From positions 216,079-280,078 of the forward strand of contig CAIRNR010000007.1 in assembly GCA_903879985.1 (NCBI GenBank): a stretch of 64,000 nucleotides of DNA. Direction: 5' to 3'. This DNA is from an uncultured candidate division WWE3 bacterium. GTDB lineage: Bacteria; Patescibacteriota; WWE3; UBA101185; UBA10185. The translations under genes were made by a program, and so were the position numbers. The notes beneath the pieces are model-generated. The model was not told where the DNA came from and did not search any database. It worked only from the letters and a program-made list of their open reading frames with translations. Positions 20,697 through 30,788 of this stretch are shown in pieces. Positions within the stretch are counted from its first letter, which is position 1, and each line of letters opens with the position of its first letter.

Positions 20697-23267
20697 ATGC
20701 AATCAGCATATTTACTGCCCCACCAGTTCTTGCTTTGGTGGCTTGTGTGGGCACCAAAAAGAATATTTAAAGTAGCAAAAAGATTCATTATTCTTGTTAA
20801 CAACAGCGTTTCCTTTACATTAAATATCAGACTTTTGTTTACTCCTCTGTTTGGAGACTACTCACTTGTCGGTCACTTTATAGGATTTTTCATAAGAATT
20901 TTCCAAATTATCCTTGGTTTAGTATTTCTTCTTTGCTTTACAGCAATTTCTCTTGCGCTGCCGCTACTTTGGCTGGCAATTCCATATTTTATATTTAAAG
21001 AAGGCAACATTGGATTTGTATTAATTTTCTTTGGTTTACTTTATGCATCTTGGTTCTTATATCACTTAGATAAACCAATAATTACTGCGAAACAAGCAAA
21101 CAAACTAAACTGGCATTTGGCAATGAAACCAAGCACACATACATTGGTAACAAAGTTTATGCAGGAACCTAATGCCGGATTTATAAAACTATTAGCACAT
21201 CCGGCAATTATTGCGCTTTTACGCAGATCCGAGCTATTATCAAACGAATTTATTGAAAAGATAAAACAAGCGCCATTAACACAAGTTGAAAACATTGGCG
21301 AAAAGGCACTGGATATTGCGAATTCCCAAGGCACCAAATACATAGAACCTGAACACATATTTTTAGCAATAGTATTAAATCTACCCAAAGTAGATGTTTT
21401 ATTCTCGACATTTAATCAAAAACCTGAATACCTCTCCGAAGCAGCTCATTGGATTATTCACAGCCGCGAAGCATTTAATAAGTTGTTTATTTGGCAAGAC
21501 GACTACGAAATGTTAATGATAGGTGGAATTGGTAAAGGTATGATCGGACATGTAACACCTCACTTGGATTTCGTTTCCACAGATTTCACAAAGGAAGTTG
21601 AACGCGGCCATGTTAAAAGAATGATTGGACGCGAAGCCGAAATTAAAAAGATTGCGGATATTCTAAATAATGAAGGAAAACAAAACGTTTTAATAATTGG
21701 CTCACCAGGAAGTGGAAAAACATCAATTGTTAAAGGCATCGCTTACAAGGTTATCGAAGGTACTGAATACAAAGCTTTACAAGGTAAACGAATCGTCAGC
21801 TTGGAGGTTGGCGGAATAATTGAAGGATCTAAAACGGCAGGGCAGTTAGCCGAAAATGTTAATCAAATAATGGCGGAGGTTAAAAGTTCCAGAGATATCA
21901 TTTTATTTATCGATGAGATACATAACCTTGTTGCGGGCGGTGGCGATAGCAATGCAGAAATTTCTACTATCTATTCCATTCTAGAACCACACTTGGCTTC
22001 ATCGGATGTTCAATGTATTGGCGCCACCTCAATTCCAAACTTTAGAAAATTCATTGAACCAAATGGTGCTTTCACAAGGTTATTTAACATTGTAGAAATT
22101 AATGAAGCTTCAAAGGAAGACACTTTGGAAATTTTAAAAGAAAAAGCTAGGGAACTCAGCTCGAAATTTGGAGTGGTAATTACATACCCTGCTCTTCTAC
22201 GCACAATAGAATTGTCTGAAAAATTAATTCACGAAAGAGTTCTTCCCGATAAAGCCATCGATATATTAACCAGAGCCATTTCCCGCGCAAGCAGTACCGA
22301 CCGAATTGTGGACTCCGAAGATATAGCCAAAGAAATAGCTGAAATAACGCACATTCCGGTTTCAGCTATAACCCAAGACGAAGCTCAAAAACTACTAAAC
22401 ATAGATCAAGACATGAACCATATGGTAATCGGACAAGGTGAAGCAATTAAACAAGTCTCCTCGGCTCTAAAAAGGGCCCGTACAGGCATGAGAAATGAAA
22501 ACAAGCCTATTGCTAGCTTCTTGTTTGTTGGAACCACAGGAGTTGGAAAAACACAAACCGCAAAAGCCTTAGCAAAATCGTACTTTGGCGACGCAAAAAA
22601 CATGATTCGCTTGGATATGAGTGAATATCAACAACTAGACAGCATGAGCAGATTAATAGGCTCACCTGACGGTTCCACAAAAGGCATTCTTACCGAACAC
22701 GTACGAACTAAACCATTTGCCTTAATACTTTTAGATGAAGTAGAAAAAGCCCACCAAAATATTTTATTAATGTTTTTACAAGTTCTTGATGATGCACGTT
22801 TAACCGATGCTACGGGAATGGTTATTGATTTCACAAACACAATTATCATTGCCACAAGTAACGTAGGAACTCGTGCAATTCAACAGGTCTTTGCCGAACA
22901 CGGCAACTTTGATCAAATGAAGGACGCCGCGATGAAAGATGTCCGCGAAAAATTTGCTCCTGAATTTTTAAACAGGTTTTCGGGCATTATCGTATTTGAT
23001 CCCCTATCTGTAGATAGCATTCGTCAAATAACACAGCTATTACTCGAAGACGTTAGAAAAGAAGCAGAACAAAAAGGAATTAAACTCAAATTTAAAGATG
23101 AGTTAGTTGATACATTAATGAAAAAAGGTTACAACCCAGAATGGGGCGCGCGACCAATGGCACGTGTTATTGAAGACACGGTTGAAACATATTTAGCCAC
23201 AAAAATGCTATCAAAAGAAGTTCAACAAGGTTCGGAATTATATTTGGGTAATGAGGTTTTCAACTAA
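20697..23267 (+). CDS. Clp/Hsp100 double-AAA+ ATPase with N-terminal transmembrane region
   Basis: GSPGSGKT/FIDEIH and GTTGVGKT/LLDEVEKA, RLDMSEY, GARP; first ~125 aa hydrophobic. Confidence 0.9.
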   Translation: MQSAYLLPHQFLLWWLVWAPKRIFKVAKRFIILVNNSVSFTLNIRLLFTPLFGDYSLVGHFIGFFIRIFQIILGLVFLLCFTAISLALPLLWLAIPYFIFKEGNIGFVLIFFGLLYASWFLYHLDKPIITAKQANKLNWHLAMKPSTHTLVTKFMQEPNAGFIKLLAHPAIIALLRRSELLSNEFIEKIKQAPLTQVENIGEKALDIANSQGTKYIEPEHIFLAIVLNLPKVDVLFSTFNQKPEYLSEAAHWIIHSREAFNKLFIWQDDYEMLMIGGIGKGMIGHVTPHLDFVSTDFTKEVERGHVKRMIGREAEIKKIADILNNEGKQNVLIIGSPGSGKTSIVKGIAYKVIEGTEYKALQGKRIVSLEVGGIIEGSKTAGQLAENVNQIMAEVKSSRDIILFIDEIHNLVAGGGDSNAEISTIYSILEPHLASSDVQCIGATSIPNFRKFIEPNGAFTRLFNIVEINEASKEDTLEILKEKARELSSKFGVVITYPALLRTIELSEKLIHERVLPDKAIDILTRAISRASSTDRIVDSEDIAKEIAEITHIPVSAITQDEAQKLLNIDQDMNHMVIGQGEAIKQVSSALKRARTGMRNENKPIASFLFVGTTGVGKTQTAKALAKSYFGDAKNMIRLDMSEYQQLDSMSRLIGSPDGSTKGILTEHVRTKPFALILLDEVEKAHQNILLMFLQVLDDARLTDATGMVIDFTNTIIIATSNVGTRAIQQVFAEHGNFDQMKDAAMKDVREKFAPEFLNRFSGIIVFDPLSVDSIRQITQLLLEDVRKEAEQKGIKLKFKDELVDTLMKKGYNPEWGARPMARVIEDTVETYLATKMLSKEVQQGSELYLGNEVFN

Positions 23268-23566
23268 TAATCGTACTTAACATTAAACTTGCCGGCAGCA
23301 TTAGTTTCAAAAATAACCTTTTTCAACGAACCTTTACCGTCTGTAGAGTTAATAATCTTTAAATCCAAAAGCAAAGTTTTTATGTTGTCAGGAATCGTTA
23401 AGTTTGTAGAAAAGCGTTCAAACTTGTAAACAGCTGTCGCAACAACATCAGTTTCAGAATACTCGGCTGTAAGTATTAGCTTCTCCCACTTATCCTTAAC
23501 CAAGGCAATTGTCTCTTTTAATATTGACGTGATTAGCTCGTTTGATTGATCAAAGTAGTCTGCCAT
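23264..23566 (-). CDS. Small protein resembling YezG/DUF600 immunity family
   Basis: WEKLILTAEY near N-terminus and GKFNVKYDY C-terminus; recognised by eye only. Confidence 0.5.
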   Translation of the reverse strand: MADYFDQSNELITSILKETIALVKDKWEKLILTAEYSETDVVATAVYKFERFSTNLTIPDNIKTLLLDLKIINSTDGKGSLKKVIFETNAAGKFNVKYDY

Positions 23567-23628
23567 ATTCGTAAGAATAAACTACCTTTAGTGTTCGAGC
23601 AACAACAAAAATGATAAAATCAGCTGAT

Positions 23629-24636
23629 ATGCTAGAAGAACACAAACAAAGACTGGAAATATTGCGAAATTCCCTTTTTATTGAGGAAAAACGCCAAAAA
23701 ATAAAAGAATTGGAGGAACGCCTTACAGATGAATCACTATGGCAAAATTGGGAAGCAGGACAAGCGGTTTCCAAAGATTTATCAGCTTTAAAAAAGGATA
23801 TTGAAGACTACGAAATGTTAGAGCTGTATTTAGAGGAAAACGAACCTGAAAGATTTGAGCAGGAAATCAAAAAACTCGAGCTTAAAACCTTTATGTCAGG
23901 TAAACGTGATAAAAATAATGCAATATTGTCTATTCATGCAGGTCAAGGTGGCACAGAAGCTATGGATTGGACCGAAAGCTTACTTCGCATGTACGTGCGC
24001 TACGCTGAAAGGAACCACTGGGATGTTGAAGAAATAAACAAAGTTCCTGGTGACGAAGCCGGTTTAAAAACCGTTTCCATTGAAATTACCGGTCGAAACG
24101 CTTATGGCTTTTTAAAAAATGAAAGTGGTGTTCACCGACTTGTTAGACAATCCCCTTTTAATGCCGATAGTTTACGACAAACATCCTTTGCCCTTGTTGA
24201 AGTAATCCCAGAGGTCGATGACAACTCCGATGAAATGGAAATAAATCCTGAGGACTTAGAATGGGACTTTTTCAGATCTGGAGGTAAGGGCGGACAAAAC
24301 GTAAATAAAGTTTCTACAGCCGTACGCTTAAAACACAAACCATCAGGAATTATCGTTGAATGTCAGGAAGAAAGATTCCAAGGCAAAAACCGCGAAAAAG
24401 CAGTAAAAATATTAAAATCCAAATTACTCGTTTTAGAAGAAGCCAGATTACTTGCTGAAAAAAAAGAAGCTAAAGGTGAATATAAAATGCCGGGTTGGGG
24501 AAACCAAATTAGAAACTATGTTTTGCATCCATACAAATTAGTTAAAGACTTGCGAACTGACATTGAAAGCACAAATCCAGAATCAGTTTTAGACGGTAAC
24601 TTGGATGAATTTATTGATGCTGAAATAAGGCTGTAA
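23629..24636 (+). CDS. prfB: Peptide chain release factor 2
   Basis: SPF motif (RQSPFN) and GGQ; start ATG 23629 follows TGATAAAAT (alternative 23611). Confidence 0.96.
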   Translation: MLEEHKQRLEILRNSLFIEEKRQKIKELEERLTDESLWQNWEAGQAVSKDLSALKKDIEDYEMLELYLEENEPERFEQEIKKLELKTFMSGKRDKNNAILSIHAGQGGTEAMDWTESLLRMYVRYAERNHWDVEEINKVPGDEAGLKTVSIEITGRNAYGFLKNESGVHRLVRQSPFNADSLRQTSFALVEVIPEVDDNSDEMEINPEDLEWDFFRSGGKGGQNVNKVSTAVRLKHKPSGIIVECQEERFQGKNREKAVKILKSKLLVLEEARLLAEKKEAKGEYKMPGWGNQIRNYVLHPYKLVKDLRTDIESTNPESVLDGNLDEFIDAEIRL

Positions 24637-24638
24637 GT

Positions 24639-24902
24639 TTAAAACTTCACGAACTTCTGAACTAGATTAAGACCAAATCCCGTATATTTCAATGTCATAA
24701 CTGCAATTATTGCGAAAGCTGTGTATCCTATATTTTTAAGTAAATCCATTTTTATTTCAGCTATTGGGAGTTTATATTTCTCATCAGGTTGTGCTTGAGT
24801 TGAAGTTGTCTGCGCTACTGCCGCCACAACATTTTGTTTAACAGCAGAAACTGCCGGTGCTATGTTATATTTAATTTGTTTCTTTTTAAGCTTCTTTGCC
24901 AT
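24639..24902 (-). CDS. Small hypothetical membrane protein
   Basis: Basic N-terminus, C-terminal hydrophobic helix; fills gap after ftsK. Confidence 0.6.
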   Translation of the reverse strand: MAKKLKKKQIKYNIAPAVSAVKQNVVAAVAQTTSTQAQPDEKYKLPIAEIKMDLLKNIGYTAFAIIAVMTLKYTGFGLNLVQKFVKF

Positions 24903-24921
24903 GTGAGTAGAATACCAGAAA

Positions 24922-27219
24922 TTACTCTAAGGAATCAACCGGAAAATCTTCTTCGGTACTTATACCTTGATTATACCCGCCACCACTACCGCCTAATAAT
25001 ATATCACGCGTTTTACTTCCGCCCATGGAATGACCAATAATTCCCTTTTCTTCCATTTCATCAATAATTCTGGCAGCACGAGCATAACCAATCGACAATT
25101 TTCTTTGTAAAAGCGACGCTGAAGCTTTTCCTGCAGTCGAAATGATTTCAACAGCTTGATCAAATAACTCATCAACGTCCTCACCCCAAGTTGCTGAACC
25201 ATTAGCACCTTTTGTGCCTTTGTTAGCGGGCATTTGTAAAATATCATCTCGGTAATCTGTAGGCATACCTTGAGATTTCAAATAATTTACCAAGTTGTTA
25301 ATTTCTTTATCCGTGATGTTTGCTACTTGTAAACGAACAGGTTTTTGTACATCAGGTGGAACAAAAAGCATGTCTCCCTTACCTAAAAGTTTTTCAGCAC
25401 CTGGTTGGTCAAGGATGACTCGGGAATCTATCTGACTTGGTACGTTAAAAGCGGCACGTGTAGGAATATTAGCTTTAATCAGTCCTGTAATAACGTTTGT
25501 AGAAGGTCTTTGAACTGCCAAAATTAAGTGTATTCCTGTAGCACGAGAAAGTTGCGCCAAACGAATAATACTTTTTTCAACACCGGCAGGATCTTGAATC
25601 ATGATTTCGGCTAACTCATCAACGACCAAAACAATATAAGGCATCACTTGAATACCCGACTTTTCATTATAAGATTCAATGTTACGCACCTTGGCCTGTT
25701 CAAATAATTTGTATCTCTTTGTCATCTCATCTACCAGCCATCTAAACACCGAGGGCGCTCTATCCATATCCGTAACGACAGGTGTCAACAAATGAGGAAT
25801 ATCTTGGTAGTAACTCAATTCAATACGCTTTGGGTCTACCAATATAAGTCTAACTTCCTGTGGGGAAGCTCTAAACAAAATAGAGAATAAAATATTGTGA
25901 ATAAATACGGACTTTCCTGAATTGGTAGCTCCTGCAATAAGCATATGTGGCATTCTCGTAATATCGTAAACGCAGGTTTTTCCACCAACGTCCTTACCAA
26001 GACCAATAGCCAGTTTTGATTTAATGTTTTTCATGGCATCAGAAGTCATGATGGATTTAAAATAAACCATAGTTCTATTTGCGTTTGGAACTTCAATACC
26101 AATGTAAGGTTTACCTGGAATTGGCGCTTCTATTCTTACCGAACCTGTCGGAGAAGCTAAAGCCATGGCCAAGTCCTCATGCAAACTGGCGATTTTAGAT
26201 ACTTTTGTTACAGATTTAGTTAACAATGAATATTGTGTAACAGAAGAACCAACCAATGGTGGCACCATTATTTCAACATCAATTCCAAAAGAGCGTAAGG
26301 AATCTTTAATAATTTTAGATTTCTTTTCGGCCTCGCTTGTATCATGAACCTCAACAGGAGGCTCAATAAGTAAATCAAGAGGTGGTTCTTGCCATATTTT
26401 ATCAGGAGGAAGTCGCATAAATTCCAAAGGCGCAATCGAGCCTGATGGAGCTAATGTTGAAACAGTGTTATCTATTCTTGGCATATTTGACGAGAACTGA
26501 GGCTCTGATGGTGAAGGAATGACTTCAAAGTTCGCACCGGAATCTTCTTTAGCTGAAGAGAAAGTTGAGGTTGCTGGAGGACTCGTTGAGTCGTATGACG
26601 TTGACATACCTGACGTAATGCTTATATCGTCAGTATCATTTAGTACAGCACCTTTATCTTTTTTCAAAAAATTAAATTTACTTAAATCAATGTTGGCCGT
26701 AACTTTGGAAAAAAATTCGGCAATTTGCTCAAACGACATATCGAAAAGTAAAAATACAGCAATAAAAAGCACGATAAACAAAACAATAACTGCCCCATAA
26801 ATACTAATTGCACCGGTGAGCATACTAGAGATAGAATATCCAACCATTCCCCCACCCATGCCTTTTTCGGCTAAGGTATAAGCACTACTCGCAGGAGTAA
26901 ATACATGCAATAGACTTGCTAAACCAAGCAAAAGCATAGTTAACCCTGCAACCACGCGGGGTTCCTTGATTTTCATTTTAAGACTGGGAATAAAGAGTAA
27001 ACCAAAAATACCAATTAAAAATGGCAAAAATATCGCTGCACCGCCAAAATAACCTTTTAGTAAATGTTGTACTTGCGCGTTTAGTGCGTAGTTTGGCACA
27101 AAAAAGGATAATAAGCTGAGTAAAGCAAACAAAATCAAGCCTAAAGCTAGTAATGTTCTTGTAGTTTCGGGTTTTAAGCTGAAATTAACCTTAAATTTCT
27201 TTTTTCGTCCTCTTGGCAT
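24922..27219 (-). CDS. ftsK: DNA translocase FtsK/SpoIIIE
   Basis: N-terminal TMs, PHMLIAGATNSGKS, VVDELA, QRPS, gamma domain LQRKLSIGYARAARIID. Confidence 0.97.
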   Translation of the reverse strand: MPRGRKKKFKVNFSLKPETTRTLLALGLILFALLSLLSFFVPNYALNAQVQHLLKGYFGGAAIFLPFLIGIFGLLFIPSLKMKIKEPRVVAGLTMLLLGLASLLHVFTPASSAYTLAEKGMGGGMVGYSISSMLTGAISIYGAVIVLFIVLFIAVFLLFDMSFEQIAEFFSKVTANIDLSKFNFLKKDKGAVLNDTDDISITSGMSTSYDSTSPPATSTFSSAKEDSGANFEVIPSPSEPQFSSNMPRIDNTVSTLAPSGSIAPLEFMRLPPDKIWQEPPLDLLIEPPVEVHDTSEAEKKSKIIKDSLRSFGIDVEIMVPPLVGSSVTQYSLLTKSVTKVSKIASLHEDLAMALASPTGSVRIEAPIPGKPYIGIEVPNANRTMVYFKSIMTSDAMKNIKSKLAIGLGKDVGGKTCVYDITRMPHMLIAGATNSGKSVFIHNILFSILFRASPQEVRLILVDPKRIELSYYQDIPHLLTPVVTDMDRAPSVFRWLVDEMTKRYKLFEQAKVRNIESYNEKSGIQVMPYIVLVVDELAEIMIQDPAGVEKSIIRLAQLSRATGIHLILAVQRPSTNVITGLIKANIPTRAAFNVPSQIDSRVILDQPGAEKLLGKGDMLFVPPDVQKPVRLQVANITDKEINNLVNYLKSQGMPTDYRDDILQMPANKGTKGANGSATWGEDVDELFDQAVEIISTAGKASASLLQRKLSIGYARAARIIDEMEEKGIIGHSMGGSKTRDILLGGSGGGYNQGISTEEDFPVDSLE

Positions 27220-27289
27220 TGGTACTATTCTATCAATTTCACTGCAACACCGCTACTCCGATATTTCGGAGCGCGCGTGCTACAAAGGT

Positions 27290-29002
27290 TTATACAGTAA
27301 TAGAATGTACAATGACCAATGGTGCTTTTGAGGTTTCTTTTCTCAAAAAGTATTCAATTTCGGTTTCAAGCTTTCGCTTAAGCGCTGGCCAATCTTTATT
27401 TTTACCAACATTCTTTTCGACATTCTTCTCAACTTCTTTGGTAATAAACTTTCTGGACTTATCCATTAGTTCTTGTGAACCTTTAACATAAATGAAACCT
27501 CTAGTTACAACATCAACTTTACTTGCAAGTAACTCACCTGTGGAAGTCATTGGTAACACAACCACGAACACTCCGTCTGTCGAAAGTAAGTCGCGATCTT
27601 TTATAACAACTGGGTTTATTTCATTAGTCTTGTCAGCGTCGATGTAAACCGGTTGAGTATTTATTCTTGTACCTTTTTTGGCGTTTCCATTTAAGAATTC
27701 TGTGACGTCACCCTCCATGCATTCAAACACCCGCCTTTTATCAACACCCAAATCTCCAACCATATTAGTGTAAGCTCTCATACGAGTTATAGTTCCACCA
27801 ATAGGAATAAAGAATTTTGGTTTAACAATTGCTGCTATTGTCATTAAGTCCCCTCTAGTACCATGACCCGAGACGTGTAAGTTATCCTGAATTTTAGAAT
27901 AGATAACTTCAGCACCGGCAAGAGTTAACAATGACATCAATTTTTCAACATCGTCGGCTACTCCAGGAGGATTTGGATCAGCTGAAAAGATTACCATAGC
28001 ATCTTTTTCGATATCTATATTTTTATGTTCACCACGAGCAACCCGTGAAAGTGCCGAACCTTCTTGTCCGTAACAACCGGCTATTATGTAAACCAAATCA
28101 CCTTGAAGATATCTTGAAGCATCTTCTTCGGGGACAAATAAATTGTTATCAAATGGTAAGTAACCAAGTTTTCTACCAACGTTTACACTTTGTTCAATGG
28201 AACGACCACTAATAACAACACGTCGACCATGTTTTTGAGCTGCAGAAATAAGTTGATGCATTCTAGATAAGTTAGACGATATTGTTGTAACAAATACCTG
28301 GCGTTTCACAGCACTTTCAAACAGATTAAAGAATGTGTCGTTAAGCGAGCTTTCGGATTTAGAATAACCCTCTGTGGTTACGTTTAAACAGTCTGATAGT
28401 AAGCACACAACGCCTTCCTTTGCGTATCCGGCAATCTTAACGATATCAATTGGTTTATCTAAAACAGGCGTCCAGTCTATTTTAAAGTCTTGCATGTGTA
28501 AAGCAGTTCCCTGTGGAGTTTTAATTGCTAATCCAAATGAAGATGGAACTGAGTGATTAATACCAAAAGCCTCAACTTTAAAAGATGTACCCAATGTAAC
28601 AGGGCCACTATCTGGTGAAATAATATGGAATCGTGCCTTTTCAGCTAAATGCTTAAATGGCTTTTCGTTTAATCTTTCGGATAAAAATCCTTGGACTAAC
28701 TTACTTGTATAAATCGGAACATCTAATTGATCCAATAAGAACGGAACCGCTCCTAAATGATCTTCATGTCCGTGAGATACAAATAGTCCTCTAATCTTAT
28801 GAGAATTTTCTAAAACGTAAGTGAAGTCAGGGATGACGACATTAACGCCCAGTAAATCTGCATCTGGAAATCCAATACCGCAGTCAACGATAATAATATC
28901 GTCGCCGTATTCGTATAACGTCATGTTTTTTGTGACGCTTTCTGTACCACTCAAAGTAATAATTTTTAAGGGTGTTTCTTTGTTTGTATTCAAAAAATTC
29001 AT
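27290..29002 (-). CDS. rnj: Ribonuclease J
   Basis: KNMT, DCG, SHGHEDHLG, DFKIDWTP, HVSGHG. Confidence 0.95.
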   Translation of the reverse strand: MNFLNTNKETPLKIITLSGTESVTKNMTLYEYGDDIIIVDCGIGFPDADLLGVNVVIPDFTYVLENSHKIRGLFVSHGHEDHLGAVPFLLDQLDVPIYTSKLVQGFLSERLNEKPFKHLAEKARFHIISPDSGPVTLGTSFKVEAFGINHSVPSSFGLAIKTPQGTALHMQDFKIDWTPVLDKPIDIVKIAGYAKEGVVCLLSDCLNVTTEGYSKSESSLNDTFFNLFESAVKRQVFVTTISSNLSRMHQLISAAQKHGRRVVISGRSIEQSVNVGRKLGYLPFDNNLFVPEEDASRYLQGDLVYIIAGCYGQEGSALSRVARGEHKNIDIEKDAMVIFSADPNPPGVADDVEKLMSLLTLAGAEVIYSKIQDNLHVSGHGTRGDLMTIAAIVKPKFFIPIGGTITRMRAYTNMVGDLGVDKRRVFECMEGDVTEFLNGNAKKGTRINTQPVYIDADKTNEINPVVIKDRDLLSTDGVFVVVLPMTSTGELLASKVDVVTRGFIYVKGSQELMDKSRKFITKEVEKNVEKNVGKNKDWPALKRKLETEIEYFLRKETSKAPLVIVHSITV

Positions 29003-29013
29003 ATGTTTTTGTG

Positions 29014-29637
29014 TTAGAAACTCAAGCCCAACTGCCCATTTTGATCTTGTGTGTTCTCAATTTTTTCTAAATTACCTTTCTTAACTAATTCAATTATACG
29101 GGGAATCCTTAAAAAGTCATCTTTAAAATCCTTCATCATCGTTGGATTCCTTAGGGCGGCTGCCGGATGATAAACAGGATATACGTTATACAAATCTGTT
29201 TTTAACATGTGACCACGATCTCTCGAAATTTTTCCTTCGGGATAAAAGTAGCTCATGGAAAAGCGACCTAAAGTTACAATTAAAAGCGGCGCAATAGCTT
29301 TAAGTTGTAATGCCAAGTAAGGTTCGCACGCAGATATTTCATCTGGCAAAGGATCGCGGTTTTCAGGTGGACGATGTTTGATAATATTTCCTATCCAAAC
29401 ATCAGCACGCTGTAAACCAATTTCTGCAAGTGATGCTTCTAAAAGTTTTCCGGCACGACCAACAAACGGGCGACCTGTTAAATCTTCAGTTTCACCTGGA
29501 GCTTCACCAATAAAAACTATCTCAGCGTTTATATTTCCTTCTCCGGGAACTGCATTCTTTGCCATTTCGCACAAACGACACTTTTTGCAACTTTTAACGT
29601 TTATTTCTATTTGTTTTAGAAATGTTTCTTTGTCCAT
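29014..29637 (-). CDS. Uracil-DNA glycosylase family 4 (Fe-S)
   Basis: CKKCRLC, GEAPG, GRPFVGRAG, YHPAAALR. Confidence 0.95.
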   Translation of the reverse strand: MDKETFLKQIEINVKSCKKCRLCEMAKNAVPGEGNINAEIVFIGEAPGETEDLTGRPFVGRAGKLLEASLAEIGLQRADVWIGNIIKHRPPENRDPLPDEISACEPYLALQLKAIAPLLIVTLGRFSMSYFYPEGKISRDRGHMLKTDLYNVYPVYHPAAALRNPTMMKDFKDDFLRIPRIIELVKKGNLEKIENTQDQNGQLGLSF

Positions 29638-29646
29638 ATCAATGCA

Positions 29647-30708
29647 TCAATGAGGCAGGTAATATTTAAGATTTTCAGCGGTCAATGTAACCGACTGGGA
29701 TTTTCCTTCAACAATTTCCTTTGCAACTTTACGACAAATAGATTCCAACGTTCTTCCTAAACTTCTGATTCCTGAATCATATCCAAACGGACGCACAATA
29801 CCTGGCCACAAATTTGGATCTATCAAGAGTTCTTCGTCTGTTAAACCGGCGTTTTCGCGAACCTTTGGGAAAATGTAGTCTCGAGCAATAACCATTTTTT
29901 CGTGATCAGAGTATGAAGGCATCTTTATGATTTCCATACGATCCATGAGTGCTGTTGAAATAGTACCTGTGTTGTTTGCAGAACACACAAACAAAACGTC
30001 AGACAAATCTGTTGGATAATCAACATAATAATCTCGGAAAGACTTATTTTGGTTTGGATCCAAGATTTCAAGCAAAACTGCCATGATATCCATTCTAAGT
30101 CCGGCCTCACCACTCGCTTTTTCAATTTCATCCAAAAGAATAAGTGGATTTCGTACGCCTGATGTCATCAAGCCCTTAATAATTTGTCCCGGCTCGGCCT
30201 CAGGAAACGCCTTACTTTTACCACGTAACTCAAGTGTCGAACCTAAACCTCCCATTGCAATACGGACAAATTCTCGACCCAAAGCTTCGGCCATGGAAAT
30301 AGCCAATGTTGTTTTACCAACACCTTGCAAACCTACAAAAAGTAAAATTGGTGAACGTGCGATAGCATCTTTTCCACGCTGTTTTAAAAGAATAATCGTT
30401 GAAAGGTATTCGAGAATACGTTCTTTAACATCTTCCATTCCGTAGTGGTTTTTATCAAGCAATCTTTTTGTTTCAGCCAAATCAAGGCGATCCTCAGTTT
30501 TTTTCATCCAAGGAATACTCGTAACAACTTCAATGTATCTGGAAAGCGTGTCGAACTCAGAAGCGTAATGACCAATAGTAGCCATTCTTTCAAGTCGCTG
30601 AATCATCTGAATCATACGACCTCTAAGATCTTCTGGTAATCCTGGAGTTTGATTTACGTGATCGGTGAGTGTTTTAAGTTCTTCAAATACAAATGTTTCT
30701 ACGGGCAT
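29647..30708 (-). CDS. Lon-type AAA+ ATPase module without N-domain or protease domain
   Basis: HYGMEDVKERILEYL, GLQGVGKT, LLDEIEK, LLEILDPNQN, DRMEII; ends at 353 aa. Confidence 0.9.
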   Translation of the reverse strand: MPVETFVFEELKTLTDHVNQTPGLPEDLRGRMIQMIQRLERMATIGHYASEFDTLSRYIEVVTSIPWMKKTEDRLDLAETKRLLDKNHYGMEDVKERILEYLSTIILLKQRGKDAIARSPILLFVGLQGVGKTTLAISMAEALGREFVRIAMGGLGSTLELRGKSKAFPEAEPGQIIKGLMTSGVRNPLILLDEIEKASGEAGLRMDIMAVLLEILDPNQNKSFRDYYVDYPTDLSDVLFVCSANNTGTISTALMDRMEIIKMPSYSDHEKMVIARDYIFPKVRENAGLTDEELLIDPNLWPGIVRPFGYDSGIRSLGRTLESICRKVAKEIVEGKSQSVTLTAENLKYYLPH

Positions 30709-30714
30709 ATTTTA

Positions 30715-30754
30715 ATTCTATCATCTGAGATGATCTGTCGCTAGGCAACAGACC
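30715..30754 (-). repeat. Double-palindrome promoter element, copy 1 (lon-like gene)
   Basis: ATCATC-TGA-GATGAT overlapping GATCTGTCGC-TAG-GCAACAGACC; contains the extended -10 TGATAGAAT. Confidence 0.75.
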
Positions 30755-30788
30755 ATCCGAGATTTTAAGTTACGAGATAAGTCTAGAA

